Source of the DNA: Minisyncoccota bacterium
Lineage (GTDB): Bacteria > Patescibacteriota > Minisyncoccia > Phycocordibacterales > Phycocordibacteraceae
Assembly: GCA_041666305.1 (NCBI GenBank)
Contig: JBAYHD010000002.1
Location: 64,684-128,683 of the forward strand
Direction: 5' to 3'
Length of the DNA stretch: 64,000 bases
The notes under the pieces are model-generated. The model did not search any database. It saw nothing but the letters and a program-made list of their open reading frames with translations, and was not told the DNA's origin. This document shows, piece by piece, positions 35,569-45,253 of the stretch; the stretch's first letter is position 1, and the number at the start of each line of letters is the position of its first letter. Position numbers and translations under genes: made by a program.

Positions 35569-37026
35569 CTATCGCGGGCGCAGGAGGGGGAAGATCTGTC
35601 CTTCGCGCACGGAAACGCCTTCGAGGAAGCTGAAAAGCCGCTCGGAGACGCCGAAGCCGAAAGCCGGCGGCATGCCGTATTCAAGCGCTTCCACGAACTC
35701 GGCGTCCGGCATTTGCGCTTCTTCATCGCCCGCCTCGCGCAACTGCTGCTGACGCTTGAATCGTTCCTCCTGATCTACTGGGTCGTTCAATTCACTGAAA
35801 CCCTTTCCTATTTCCGAACCGGCGATCATCACTTGAAAACGCTCCACGACGCGCGGATCTTTTATACTTTTCTTTGCAAGCGGCTCCATGTAGACCGGCA
35901 CATTGATAAGGAATCCGGGACCTGCCAATGTTTTTCGGATCTGTTTCCACGCAATATCGACGAGCCGTTCGATGCTCGCGCCTTTTTCAAACGGAATATC
36001 TTTTTCCGCGAGTATCGATGCCCAATCGGCTCCTTCATCGAGCGGATCAAGGCCGTATGCTTCTTGCATCAATGCGCAGAAGTCGTAGGTTTGCCATTCT
36101 TTGCCTAAGTCAACGTCGAGACCTTTTATTGAGAACACTTGCGTGCCGTACACTTTGTCGGCAATAGTGCGATACAGATCGGTGACCATTTCCATTCCGG
36201 CTTCATAGTCCTTGAACGCTTCATAAAATTCCACCTGCGTGTAGTCCTGCGCGTGTTCCGCCGACATGCCTTCGTTGCGGAAGATGCGGCCTATCTCAAA
36301 TGTCTTCGGCAGGCCGGCGATGAGCAGTCTTTTCTGCCAAAGTTCTCCCGCGGAGATGCGCAGATACACGTCCATATCAAGCGCATTGTGATGCGTCACG
36401 AACGGACGCGCCTCGGCGCCGCCGGTCGTCGTCTCGAGCACTGGTGTTTCCACTTCCACGAAGTCTCGTTCCAAAAGGTACGAACGGATGACATTCCAAA
36501 AACGAGAGCGCCGTTTGATGCGTTCAGCGAGATCTTTGGTGAGCAAAATATCCAGATAGCGCTTCCGAAATCGTTCGTCTTCATCTTTAATGCCGAACCA
36601 CTCATCCGGCAAAGGGCGGAGCGACTTTGCAAGCATGCGCCAGCCTGTCACATCCAGAGAAGGCATGCCGCGTTTCGTCGTGAACGCGAGACCGGAGAAT
36701 TCAATGATGTCGCCGGTGTCAACCGTGCCGACGAATAGGTCGTATGCTGCTTCGCCGAGCTTTTCGCGTTGTACGAAACACTGCCCTTTCGTCCCGTCAA
36801 AAATATCGGCGAACAAGGAACCTCCGTGCTCTCGAAGCGAGATGACACGCCCTGCGAGCGCTACTTGCTCGCTATTTTTCTCCAGCGTTCCGTGATTCTC
36901 AAGAAAATCATCAACGGTATGCGTCCGACCGGTCTGAGCCGGATAGGCGTCCATGCCGGCCTCAGCGAGGCGCGCGATTTTCGCCAGCCGTTCCGCCCGC
37001 ACCGTTTCAAGCAAAGCCATACGCAC
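35569..37026 (-). CDS. lysS: lysyl-tRNA synthetase (class II)
   Basis: N-terminal OB anticodon-binding domain; class II motifs 1-3 ('FRNEG', 'GGGIGIDR'-like end). Confidence 0.9.
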   Translation of the reverse strand: MRMALLETVRAERLAKIARLAEAGMDAYPAQTGRTHTVDDFLENHGTLEKNSEQVALAGRVISLREHGGSLFADIFDGTKGQCFVQREKLGEAAYDLFVGTVDTGDIIEFSGLAFTTKRGMPSLDVTGWRMLAKSLRPLPDEWFGIKDEDERFRKRYLDILLTKDLAERIKRRSRFWNVIRSYLLERDFVEVETPVLETTTGGAEARPFVTHHNALDMDVYLRISAGELWQKRLLIAGLPKTFEIGRIFRNEGMSAEHAQDYTQVEFYEAFKDYEAGMEMVTDLYRTIADKVYGTQVFSIKGLDVDLGKEWQTYDFCALMQEAYGLDPLDEGADWASILAEKDIPFEKGASIERLVDIAWKQIRKTLAGPGFLINVPVYMEPLAKKSIKDPRVVERFQVMIAGSEIGKGFSELNDPVDQEERFKRQQQLREAGDEEAQMPDAEFVEALEYGMPPAFGFGVSERLFSFLEGVSVREGQIFPLLRPR

Positions 37027-37045
37027 TACTATACCACCCGTTCCG

Positions 37046-37519
37046 CTATGCTACTTTCTCGATAGTATAGGTCTGCTTCCCTGCCGGAGTTTCGAACGTA
37101 AAGACGTCGCCCTTCTTCTTTCCCATGAGCGCGGCACCGAGCGGAGACACGTGTGAGAGCTTTTTAATGCGCATATCGGCTTCCTCGCTTCCGACGATGG
37201 TGTATTCGTGCACTTCGTCGCTGCCGTCTCTTTTTATGGACACTTTTGAATTGAATCCGACTTCGCTCTTCTTCTTGCCGTCGGTGTGTATCTTCGTGTA
37301 CTTCACGAGTTCCTCGAGTTTCTTGATGCGCTCTTCAGTGGCCGCCTGCAGATCGCGCGCTTCTTGGTACTCGGCATTTTCCGAGAGGTCGCCGAGCGAA
37401 CGAGCGTACTCGAGATTCTTGGCAATCTCGGTTCGACGCACGGTCTTCAAATTTTCAAGCTCTTTTATCATTTCATCGAACTTCTCCTGCGAGACGACGA
37501 TATCTTGTGCATCAATCAT
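37046..37519 (-). CDS. greA: transcription elongation factor GreA
   Basis: N-terminal coiled coil with 'LGDLSENAEY', C-terminal FKBP-like domain; conserved greA-lysS linkage. Confidence 0.85.
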   Translation of the reverse strand: MIDAQDIVVSQEKFDEMIKELENLKTVRRTEIAKNLEYARSLGDLSENAEYQEARDLQAATEERIKKLEELVKYTKIHTDGKKKSEVGFNSKVSIKRDGSDEVHEYTIVGSEEADMRIKKLSHVSPLGAALMGKKKGDVFTFETPAGKQTYTIEKVA

Positions 37520-37772
37520 GGTAGTGCGCGCATTGTACTTGCCCCGTACCAACTTGCAAGTTTTTGGACGAACCTCCACCTGCAAATATCCTTATCTGCA
37601 TCCGGTCGGAAATAATAAGAACATTTGGGAAAGTTGGTTCTGGTGCTTGAGTCGCGCCAGAGCGCAACTACTACCAAGCGAGCCGAGTAACGAGTGTATT
37701 CTTATACATTCGTTCGAGGCAAGCGTAGGGAGGAAGCTTTGTCCTCAAAGCTTATTGCGCAAGCGCAAATTT

Positions 37773-37820
37773 GGCGGAGAGACAAAAACCTCCATATATG
37801 GAGGTTTTTGTCTCTCCGCC
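37773..37820. terminator. 48-bp perfect palindrome (24-bp stem) immediately downstream of mrdA
   Basis: ggcggagagacaaaaacctccata|tatggaggtttttgtctctccgcc, exact reverse complement halves. Confidence 0.5.
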
Positions 37821-37823
37821 AAG

Positions 37824-39509
37824 TTAATTTGTGATTGTGGCGGTGCCTCCGATGTACGGGGAATTCGCGATATACAACGAATCAAAAAAATCCCGCATGA
37901 CGTTCACCGCCTGCTCGCCGGCGCCCTCCGGTCCCCTCTCAAGCACGACTGCAAACGCATACCGCGGATGCTCGTACGGAAAGAATCCGACGACCCATGA
38001 ATTGTCATATTGATTGCGCGTGCCCGTCTGCGCGGTGCCGGTTTTCGCGGCAACGTTTATATACGGCAGATTAATGGCGCTTGCGAGAGCGCCCGTGACG
38101 CTCTGCCGCATACCGGAGCGCACCACGGCGAGCGCGCTCGGATTTGCAGGAACAAGCGTAAAACTGGAAGTTTGGTTCGCAAGCAAAGTCGGCGTAAGTA
38201 ATTTTCCGCCATTCGCCACTGCCGCGATGGCACACACCATCTGTATTGGCGTCACCTGCACTGAGTATTGTCCTATTGCGGTGAAATACGTGTCGCCGAG
38301 ATACCACGGTTCATTAAAAGTCTCTTTCTTCCATGCTGGCGTCGGGATGAGGCCGCTCGCCTCTCCGGAAAGAGTAATACCGGTCGGACTGCCGAGTCCG
38401 AACTGTCGATACCAATACTCAAGTCGGTCAATGCCGAGCCCCTTTTGGCTTTTGAACCCGCCGCCGACCGTATAGAAAAAGATGTCGGACGACCATGCGA
38501 TGGCTTTCTTCACATCCACCGGGCCGAGCGCACGCCACCCTTTATAAATAAATTCCTTGCCGGGATGATACGGGTCCGGAATGGAGATAAAACCGAGATC
38601 ATCGATGATGGTGTCTGGCGTGATGATGCCGTCAGTGAGTGCCCCAGAGGCTACGAGCGGCTTCACAATGGAGCCCGGTGCATAGACTCCTTGAATAGCG
38701 TGATCAAGGAATGGGCGCCCCGGATTCGCATTATACGCATCAATGATGCTCGCCGGCCCGCCGTTGCTCATCACGTTCGGATCGTAGCTCGGATAGGATG
38801 AAATGGCGCGCACAGCCCCGGAATCGACATCCAAAATAACGCCGGCCCCGGCGATAAAGCGATGGTCGCTCGCCACATTTGCGATGGCGCGCGAAAATAG
38901 TTCTTGCAGATTCGCGTCAATGGATAATTGAAGCGTGCTGCCGCTCTCCGCAGGCACGACGAGCCCTTCGGAACGAACTCTGCCAAGCGCATCGGTTTCG
39001 GTCAAAAGCTGTCCGTTTGTACCCGTGAGAAGCGTGTCGTACTCGGCTTCAAGGCCGCTGACGCCGGTCTCACTGGTGTCGTAATAGATACCGTTACTAT
39101 CTTTTTTCGGATATGAAACGTATCCGATGATCTGGCTCAAAGACGGGAGCGGGTAATTGCGCAAAATGCTTCCGTCTTCTTTCTCGGCGTTCTCTGCAAC
39201 CACGACACCATTGATATCCGTAATAATGCCGCGCAGTGCAAAGAGCGTTCTCACTTCAAGACTGTTATGCGCACTCTCCGCGGCATACTCGGAACCGTTC
39301 GCGACCTGCAGATCCCATGAGCGAGAAATGAGCACAACGAACAGCAGGCCGAGCATCGCGGCAAGATACAAAAACGTTCCGTGCGAAAGAGGTTTTTCGA
39401 GCCGGCCCTCAAAACGCGCGCGGTCGAACGCCGGGGCGTTGCTAGCATCAAGAAATATTTCATCGGGAGCTATTTCCGGATCCTGCCGTCTTGCGCGCTT
39501 CCAGTTCAT
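37824..39509 (-). CDS. mrdA: penicillin-binding protein 2 (elongasome transpeptidase)
   Basis: 'SIVKP' SxxK motif, 'KTGTAQ'; follows mreBCD. Confidence 0.8.
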   Translation of the reverse strand: MNWKRARRQDPEIAPDEIFLDASNAPAFDRARFEGRLEKPLSHGTFLYLAAMLGLLFVVLISRSWDLQVANGSEYAAESAHNSLEVRTLFALRGIITDINGVVVAENAEKEDGSILRNYPLPSLSQIIGYVSYPKKDSNGIYYDTSETGVSGLEAEYDTLLTGTNGQLLTETDALGRVRSEGLVVPAESGSTLQLSIDANLQELFSRAIANVASDHRFIAGAGVILDVDSGAVRAISSYPSYDPNVMSNGGPASIIDAYNANPGRPFLDHAIQGVYAPGSIVKPLVASGALTDGIITPDTIIDDLGFISIPDPYHPGKEFIYKGWRALGPVDVKKAIAWSSDIFFYTVGGGFKSQKGLGIDRLEYWYRQFGLGSPTGITLSGEASGLIPTPAWKKETFNEPWYLGDTYFTAIGQYSVQVTPIQMVCAIAAVANGGKLLTPTLLANQTSSFTLVPANPSALAVVRSGMRQSVTGALASAINLPYINVAAKTGTAQTGTRNQYDNSWVVGFFPYEHPRYAFAVVLERGPEGAGEQAVNVMRDFFDSLYIANSPYIGGTATITN

Positions 39510-39829
39510 CTCCCGATGATACTCGCCGAAAGCCGACTGCGCACGAAAACGGCGATAATCGACAACACGAGTCCATACAGCGTGAAGACCGGCAGCGTTC
39601 CCGCCTGCGGCGCCCAGTAGAGCGTATCGGCAAATACGCCGGCGGCAAAAGGCACCAAAGGCTCGAAGAACGACGTGGCGACCGCAAGCAAAACCGACAA
39701 CGGCCACGGGAAAAGCAGTACCGAAATGAACGTCGTGATGGTAAGTATGCCGTTTCGTATCATAGCGTTGAGGTCGCGAGGGAGAAGGCGCTGCGAAACG
39801 AAGCGCCGGTATCGCGCAATAGAACCCAT
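39506..39829 (-). CDS. mreD: rod shape-determining protein MreD (tentative)
   Basis: small polytopic membrane protein between mreC and mrdA. Confidence 0.5.
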   Translation of the reverse strand: MGSIARYRRFVSQRLLPRDLNAMIRNGILTITTFISVLLFPWPLSVLLAVATSFFEPLVPFAAGVFADTLYWAPQAGTLPVFTLYGLVLSIIAVFVRSRLSASIIGR

Positions 39830-40599
39830 GTAAGCGAGGACGGATTCATCGTCGGCATGATGCGAAGCGTAATACCCGGTGCAGACGGATCACTGTCAAT
39901 GCGCACGACCGTACCGATCGGCAACATGCCGGGCCCCGGAGCAAAGACCGTGTCTCCGACGGTAACCCCTGCGGAGCGCGACAATGACGCGCTCATTGCG
40001 CCCCCTCCCGCGCCAAAAATGTTAAGCGGCATATCCGCACTTTTCACCCAGCCGTGCGTCACGGTGCCGAATGAAGAAAAGAGCGTCGCACGAGAATACT
40101 CTGCCGTGACCGACGTGACGGCGCCGAGCGGCACACCGCCTTCACCGAAGACTTCCTGACCGAGCATAACGCCGGAACTTGAGCCGACGGAAAGTACGAT
40201 AGTGTCGTACGGACTCACGGGCGGATGCGCCACAACACCGGCGAGGATTCCGGGGTTTGCGGTTTTTTGCGAAGCCGAGGCGCCGATGAGCGCATTCACG
40301 CTTGCTTCCTTTTGCAGAAGTGCTTGATTCTCGCTCGCAAGCGCGCTGTTCTCTTCCGTCAGCCGTTCATTCCTCGCGGCAAGCGCCGCTACGTCGCTAA
40401 AACTATTGAAAAATGTGTGGCTCTTCAGGGCGATGACATTTGAAACGCTGAATGCCGGAGCGAACGCCTGCAAAAAAAAGTTCGGCGCAACGAGCCGCAC
40501 AAGAAGCACAAGCGCGGCGAATACGAGCGCACCAGTGCCCCACGAGATGCTCGCGGACGATAAGAGCGCGTTACGCTTCGCTAAGAATGTCTTCTTCAT
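39760..40599 (-). CDS. mreC: rod shape-determining protein MreC
   Basis: N-terminal TM, coiled coil 'ERLTEENSALASENQALLQKEA', beta-rich C-terminal domains. Confidence 0.75.
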   Translation of the reverse strand: MKKTFLAKRNALLSSASISWGTGALVFAALVLLVRLVAPNFFLQAFAPAFSVSNVIALKSHTFFNSFSDVAALAARNERLTEENSALASENQALLQKEASVNALIGASASQKTANPGILAGVVAHPPVSPYDTIVLSVGSSSGVMLGQEVFGEGGVPLGAVTSVTAEYSRATLFSSFGTVTHGWVKSADMPLNIFGAGGGAMSASLSRSAGVTVGDTVFAPGPGMLPIGTVVRIDSDPSAPGITLRIMPTMNPSSLTWVLLRDTGASFRSAFSLATSTL

Positions 40600-41623
40600 C
40601 AACAAAGAAATCCGAGAAGGGTTCCGGGTCCTCGGTGACGATGCCTGCACCGCGCACCACTGCGGTGAGCGGGTCCGGTGCGACTCTCACCGGTACGCCA
40701 AGCATCTTTGCAAGTATTTGCGGCAGACCGCGCAGCAGGGCTCCGCCGCCAAAAACGGTGACTCCCTGCTGAAGCACGTCCGAGAGAAGTTCCGGCGGCG
40801 TCGCTTCAATGACTTCTTTCATGGAGTCCATAAGTGCGTCCAAGGACGGCGCGATGGCTTCGCGAATGTGAGAATCGGTGAGTGTTATTTCTCGCGGGAG
40901 TCCGGTCGCAAAATCGCGGCCGCGTACGGTCCGCGACAAGGTCTCATGAAGCGGTATCACGGCGCCTATCGCTATCTTCACGTCTTCTGCGGTACGCTCG
41001 CCGATACCGAGCTTGAACTCGCTCCGCACATATTCAATGATGTTGTCATTAAAGCGATCCCCGGCAACATGCGAGCTCTTTGACGCAACGACACCCTTGA
41101 GCGCGATGACCGCGATATCGGTGGTGCCACCGCCGATATCGAGCACCATCGTGCCGACCGCCTCATGCACCGGCAGTTTTGCACCAATGGCGCCTGCGAC
41201 TGGCTCTTCCAGGATGATGGCCTCGCGTGCACCGGCATTCTTCGCGGCATCGCGTACGGCGCGGCTCTGCACGTTGGTAACGCCGGTCGGCACGCCGATG
41301 ACGACGCGCGGACCGAAAAGCCGCACGCGTCCGTTCTGCGCTTTGTTGATGAGATAGGTCAGTAATTCCTCGGTCACTTCGAAATCCGAAATGACGCCGT
41401 GGCTCAAGGGGCGCACCACGCGGATGTGCGCGGGAGTCTTGCCGAGCATCGTCTTCGCTTCCTTCCCCACCGCCACGACCTGATGCGTCTTATCGTTCAC
41501 GGCGACCGCCGAGGGTTCGTTGATGACGACACCCTTCCCGCGCACGTATACGAGCGTGTTAGTCGTCCCGAGGTCTATTGCGATGTCGTTACTGAAGAGC
41601 AGATTTTTTGAAAACCGGGCCAT
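40571..41623 (-). CDS. mreB: rod shape-determining actin homologue MreB
   Basis: 'IAIDLGTTNTLVYV', 'DIGGGTTDIA' actin-fold phosphate motifs. Confidence 0.9.
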   Translation of the reverse strand: MARFSKNLLFSNDIAIDLGTTNTLVYVRGKGVVINEPSAVAVNDKTHQVVAVGKEAKTMLGKTPAHIRVVRPLSHGVISDFEVTEELLTYLINKAQNGRVRLFGPRVVIGVPTGVTNVQSRAVRDAAKNAGAREAIILEEPVAGAIGAKLPVHEAVGTMVLDIGGGTTDIAVIALKGVVASKSSHVAGDRFNDNIIEYVRSEFKLGIGERTAEDVKIAIGAVIPLHETLSRTVRGRDFATGLPREITLTDSHIREAIAPSLDALMDSMKEVIEATPPELLSDVLQQGVTVFGGGALLRGLPQILAKMLGVPVRVAPDPLTAVVRGAGIVTEDPEPFSDFFVDEEDILSEA

Positions 41624-41634
41624 GGGGATAGGCG

Positions 41635-42885
41635 CTAGGCGCTAGGCGCTAGGCGGGACAAGAGTTCGGAACGTGGTTTTTTCTGCACCGTGCCGGTCGC
41701 GCGATTCACCACCTCGAACTCGCCAGTGGCGACGGCGTCCTTCCCCACCACGATGCGCTTCGGAACGCCGAGTAGGTCGCTATCCGCGAATTTCTCGCCG
41801 GCACGAGCATCGCGATCGTCATACAAAACTTCCACGCCGGTTTTTATCAAATCATCGTAAAGAACATCCGCTGTTTTAGAAATTTCGTCGCCGTCTTTCC
41901 CAAGCGACACGAGGTGCACCGAAAATGGCGCGACGCTCTCGGGCCACACCAGCCCTTTTGCATCGGAGAGCACCTCCACAATAGCGCCGACGAGGCGCGA
42001 GGGGCCGATGCCGTAGCAGCCCATCACGACCGGATGTTTCTTCCCCTCCTTGTCCAGATATGAGAGACCGAGCGGTTCAGAAAAACGCGTTCCGAGCTTG
42101 AAAATATTTCCGACTTCCACGGCCGTTTCCTCTTTGAGTTCGCCGCGGTCTATCTCAAGGTCCGCAAGGACCTCATCGGTTAGCACTTCTTTATTGATAG
42201 CAACACCCTTTGCGCGGGAGACATAAATCGTATCCTCGCCACTCTCGCAGAGTGTCTGAAATTCGTGGCTGTATTTGGAAAAAGCGCCACCTGAAGCGAA
42301 TGTCATGAAGGTGCGGTCACCGAGTCCGACGCGCGCGAAGACATTCTTATATGCCTGTGCCGCCTGTTCATAAAAGGTATCCAGATCGGCCTGGTCAGCG
42401 TGGAACGAATACATGTCCTTCATCAAGAATTCCCGTCCGCGCATCACGCCGGACTTCGCGCGTTCTTCGTTCCTGAATTTCGTTTGTATCTGATACGTGG
42501 AGAACGGAAGGTCGCGGTATGAACTCACATTCTGAGAAGCAAGGTTTGTGATGGGCTCTTCGTGCGTCCACCCGAGACCCGTCTCGCCCGCCGTCTTGAG
42601 CATCGTCTTGAACCAAACATCCTGCTCCCAACGATTTGTCTTTTTCCAGAGTTCGGCATTCTGGAGCGCCGACATGAGAAGTTCCTGTCCGCCGATTGCG
42701 TTCATCTCTTCTCGAATGACGCGAACGACATTGTTCAGTACGCGGAGCCCGAGCGGGAGAAATGAATACACGCCGGCCGCTTCTTTATGCACGAAGCCGG
42801 CACGAATCAGGAGCTGGGCGTTCTTCGCGACCTCGTCGGCCGGCGCCTCGCGGCGAGTTTTGGTGAAGAGCTGGGACTGTCTCAT
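41635..42885 (-). CDS. proS: prolyl-tRNA synthetase (short form without editing insertion)
   Basis: N-terminus aligns with ProRS 'M..SQL...T.RE.PADAE..S..L..RAG...K...G.Y..LP.G.RV'; class II core and anticodon-binding domain; 416 aa. Confidence 0.8.
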   Translation of the reverse strand: MRQSQLFTKTRREAPADEVAKNAQLLIRAGFVHKEAAGVYSFLPLGLRVLNNVVRVIREEMNAIGGQELLMSALQNAELWKKTNRWEQDVWFKTMLKTAGETGLGWTHEEPITNLASQNVSSYRDLPFSTYQIQTKFRNEERAKSGVMRGREFLMKDMYSFHADQADLDTFYEQAAQAYKNVFARVGLGDRTFMTFASGGAFSKYSHEFQTLCESGEDTIYVSRAKGVAINKEVLTDEVLADLEIDRGELKEETAVEVGNIFKLGTRFSEPLGLSYLDKEGKKHPVVMGCYGIGPSRLVGAIVEVLSDAKGLVWPESVAPFSVHLVSLGKDGDEISKTADVLYDDLIKTGVEVLYDDRDARAGEKFADSDLLGVPKRIVVGKDAVATGEFEVVNRATGTVQKKPRSELLSRLAPSA

Positions 42886-42964
42886 AGGCGACAGTATACC
42901 CTGTACTGAAGCAGAGCTCTAGTACGGGGTATATGCCCACCCCACCCACTCGGCAAAAGGGCGC

Positions 42965-43426
42965 TTAGTTCAGGGCATTCGAGTACGGGCACTCGACCCG
43001 GCCTTCGGGGTTGTTCTGTACATCCGCGCCATATCCGAAGTCGATGGACTTCGCCTCTTCAACTTTCCCATTGCAATACAGAATGCGAGCGAGCAGATGC
43101 ACCTTCCTCTCCTGTTCCTCATAGGGTAACGCCGCTATGCCCCATTTCTCGAGCAGTCTTCGCCATTGGTCGAATGTGTCCTTATAATCCAGGGGATCGA
43201 CGCGCTCATCGACACCCCGCGCCCACAAACAATCCTGCGTCAATTTCATCCCATCTTCGTCAAAAACAGAAAGGACAATACCCCCATCTCTTTTGCGTCT
43301 AAGGATCCGATCGAGATCAACGGTGATTGCATTTATATTCACTTTCGGCCCGAGCAGTTGTTCGATGGTTAATATTCCTCCCTCGTTGTGCGAATGATGT
43401 TCTTGCTGTTCGATGTTGTGCGTCAT
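42965..43426 (-). CDS. hypothetical protein
   Basis: 153-aa ORF, no recognisable motifs. Confidence 0.35.
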   Translation of the reverse strand: MTHNIEQQEHHSHNEGGILTIEQLLGPKVNINAITVDLDRILRRKRDGGIVLSVFDEDGMKLTQDCLWARGVDERVDPLDYKDTFDQWRRLLEKWGIAALPYEEQERKVHLLARILYCNGKVEEAKSIDFGYGADVQNNPEGRVECPYSNALN

Positions 43427-43536
43427 ATGTCCCTAGCGTAACGCCGCTGGCGGCAGAGTCAACATCTCAAATAGTGTCCTAAAAAGTAAGAAGATCTGAC
43501 CTCTGGAACTACATAGGGCAGCCCTATGTAGGTGAG

Positions 43537-43565
43537 TTACCCGACGATGCGAAAGATGTCGTGAG
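43537..43565. repeat. 29-bp direct repeat copy 1 (orphan duplicate of the rseP 3' end)
   Basis: ttacccgacgatgcgaaagatgtcgtgag, identical to 44119..44147. Confidence 0.85.
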
Positions 43566-43676
43566 TAGCAAGGGTTACCCTTGCTACTTTTTTTTAGATG
43601 TCTCAATTTTCGTCCTATAGGACAGAAATTGAGACAAAACAAAAGCCCGCGAGAAGCACGGGCTCCTGCGGGCTAG

Positions 43677-44018
43677 CTATGCCGGCTTCTTGGTCAGCTC
43701 CTTTCCTTCTGCCTCAATCACATCGGGGTATACCTGGGCAATTGTCTCGAGCCGTTCCTTCCAGCACTCGCGTTCCTTGGAGTCGGAGAGGACCCAAAGG
43801 CGGTTCTCATAGTGGCGAATTTCTTTCAACCGAGTTCTCGCAATTTCTGCAGAGATTGGCCATTCAAAAGGATCATCAAACCCCTCGTCGATGTACTGCA
43901 GCGCCCGAGTAAGCACAGGTATGAGATGTTCCTTTCTGAGCCATCTCCACGCCGTATCCAATGCGACAGCAAAGCAAGAAATAAGCATGATAACCGGTAT
44001 TGCGTTCAGTGCATTCAT
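43677..44018 (-). CDS. hypothetical small membrane-anchored protein inside the repeat-bounded insert
   Basis: 113-aa ORF with N-terminal TM; own terminator hairpin gcccg..cgggc + TTTTGTTTT downstream. Confidence 0.4.
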   Translation of the reverse strand: MNALNAIPVIMLISCFAVALDTAWRWLRKEHLIPVLTRALQYIDEGFDDPFEWPISAEIARTRLKEIRHYENRLWVLSDSKERECWKERLETIAQVYPDVIEAEGKELTKKPA

Positions 44019-44118
44019 TTATTCCTCCCCATGTGTTGAGAAATTGGTTTTGAGCCAACGGGCTCTCCGGGGATACCTTACTATTTTGTCTTGAAGAATC
44101 AAGGGTCGCGAATTCCTC

Positions 44119-44147
44119 TTACCCGACGATGCGAAAGATGTCGTGAG
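44119..44147. repeat. 29-bp direct repeat copy 2 (the last 9 codons + stop of rseP)
   Basis: encodes ...AHDIFRIVG* on the minus strand. Confidence 0.85.
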
Positions 44148-45240
44148 CAGTCACGACAAGCATGAGCAAAATGAGGAAAATGAAACCGATAGCGTTCAGC
44201 GCCTGCGCAACGCTCGGTTTTATGGGCCGGCGAATAACGCTCTCAATAATCACGAAAAGAAGACGGCCTCCGTCGAGCGCAGGAACGGGAATAAGATTGA
44301 TGAGCGCGAGGTTAATGGAAATGATCGCCATGATGGAGAAGAGATAGCCGATGCCTTGGAGTGACGCCGTGCCGACTGCGCCCGCGATGCCAACGGGACC
44401 CGCGACCTGCGAGAGATCAGCCGAGAGCGTGAATATGCCGTAGAAGAAATGCCACAAGCCGATCGCGGTGAGCTTCGTCGCTTCCCACGTAAGGAATGCG
44501 CCTTCAGTCAGTGCGGAGCCGAGCGAGACCGGTACCACGCCGACCGTCGCGACTTCGATGCCAAGCACATACCGAGCGGGGTCGCTCACGGAGAGGCCCG
44601 TTGCGGCCGTCGCGGTGATGCTTCGCTCTGTTCCGTTACGCTTAATGTTGAGCGTAATCGCTTCCCCACGACTTGCCGAGACAAACGCTGAAAAACTTTT
44701 CGGGTCCACCGCTTTCCATTCCCCTGCCACATCTTTTGCGCTCAGGATGGAATCGCCCGGAAGTAATCCCGCGAGCGCCGCCGGCGAGGCCGGAAGCACG
44801 CCCGCAATCGCGAGTTCCGTGTTGTGAGCCACCGCCACCTCGTTTTCCGAGAGAGCTCGCGGCGTGCCGGTCATGAGCGCGCCGGTGATGAGCACATACG
44901 CGAACAACAGATTCATCGTGATGCCCGCCACAAGCACGAGCGCCTGCAAAAATCTATTTTTATTATGGAAAGCACGTTTGTTCGCCGCTTGCCCCGTACC
45001 AACGCCGTCCGCGGCTTTGGTATCGGGGTCTTCGCCATATATCTTCACGAAACCGCCGAACGGCAGCCAATTGAGCGTGTAGAGCGTTTCTCCTTTTTTC
45101 GCTATGACCATGGCGCGCGGAGGATACCCGAGCCCGAATTCATCCACGCGCATGCCCGATAATTTCGCCACGACGAAATGCCCGAACTCGTGCACCACAA
45201 TGAGTGCGACGATGACGAGTATGAAAATAAGGATGTTCAC
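44119..45240 (-). CDS. rseP: RIP metalloprotease RseP (M50 site-2 protease) with PDZ domain
   Basis: 'HEFGHFVVA' HExxH in TM1, PDZ, C-terminal 'LD' motif region. Confidence 0.85.
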   Translation of the reverse strand: MNILIFILVIVALIVVHEFGHFVVAKLSGMRVDEFGLGYPPRAMVIAKKGETLYTLNWLPFGGFVKIYGEDPDTKAADGVGTGQAANKRAFHNKNRFLQALVLVAGITMNLLFAYVLITGALMTGTPRALSENEVAVAHNTELAIAGVLPASPAALAGLLPGDSILSAKDVAGEWKAVDPKSFSAFVSASRGEAITLNIKRNGTERSITATAATGLSVSDPARYVLGIEVATVGVVPVSLGSALTEGAFLTWEATKLTAIGLWHFFYGIFTLSADLSQVAGPVGIAGAVGTASLQGIGYLFSIMAIISINLALINLIPVPALDGGRLLFVIIESVIRRPIKPSVAQALNAIGFIFLILLMLVVTAHDIFRIVG

Positions 45241-45253
45241 GAAAATAGTATAT

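Noticed and set aside
37586-37772. Possible small RNA in the 190-bp spacer upstream of greA
   Set aside because: No recognisable promoter/terminator pair or conserved structure could be established by eye. Mentioned only as context to the adjacent 48-bp palindrome.
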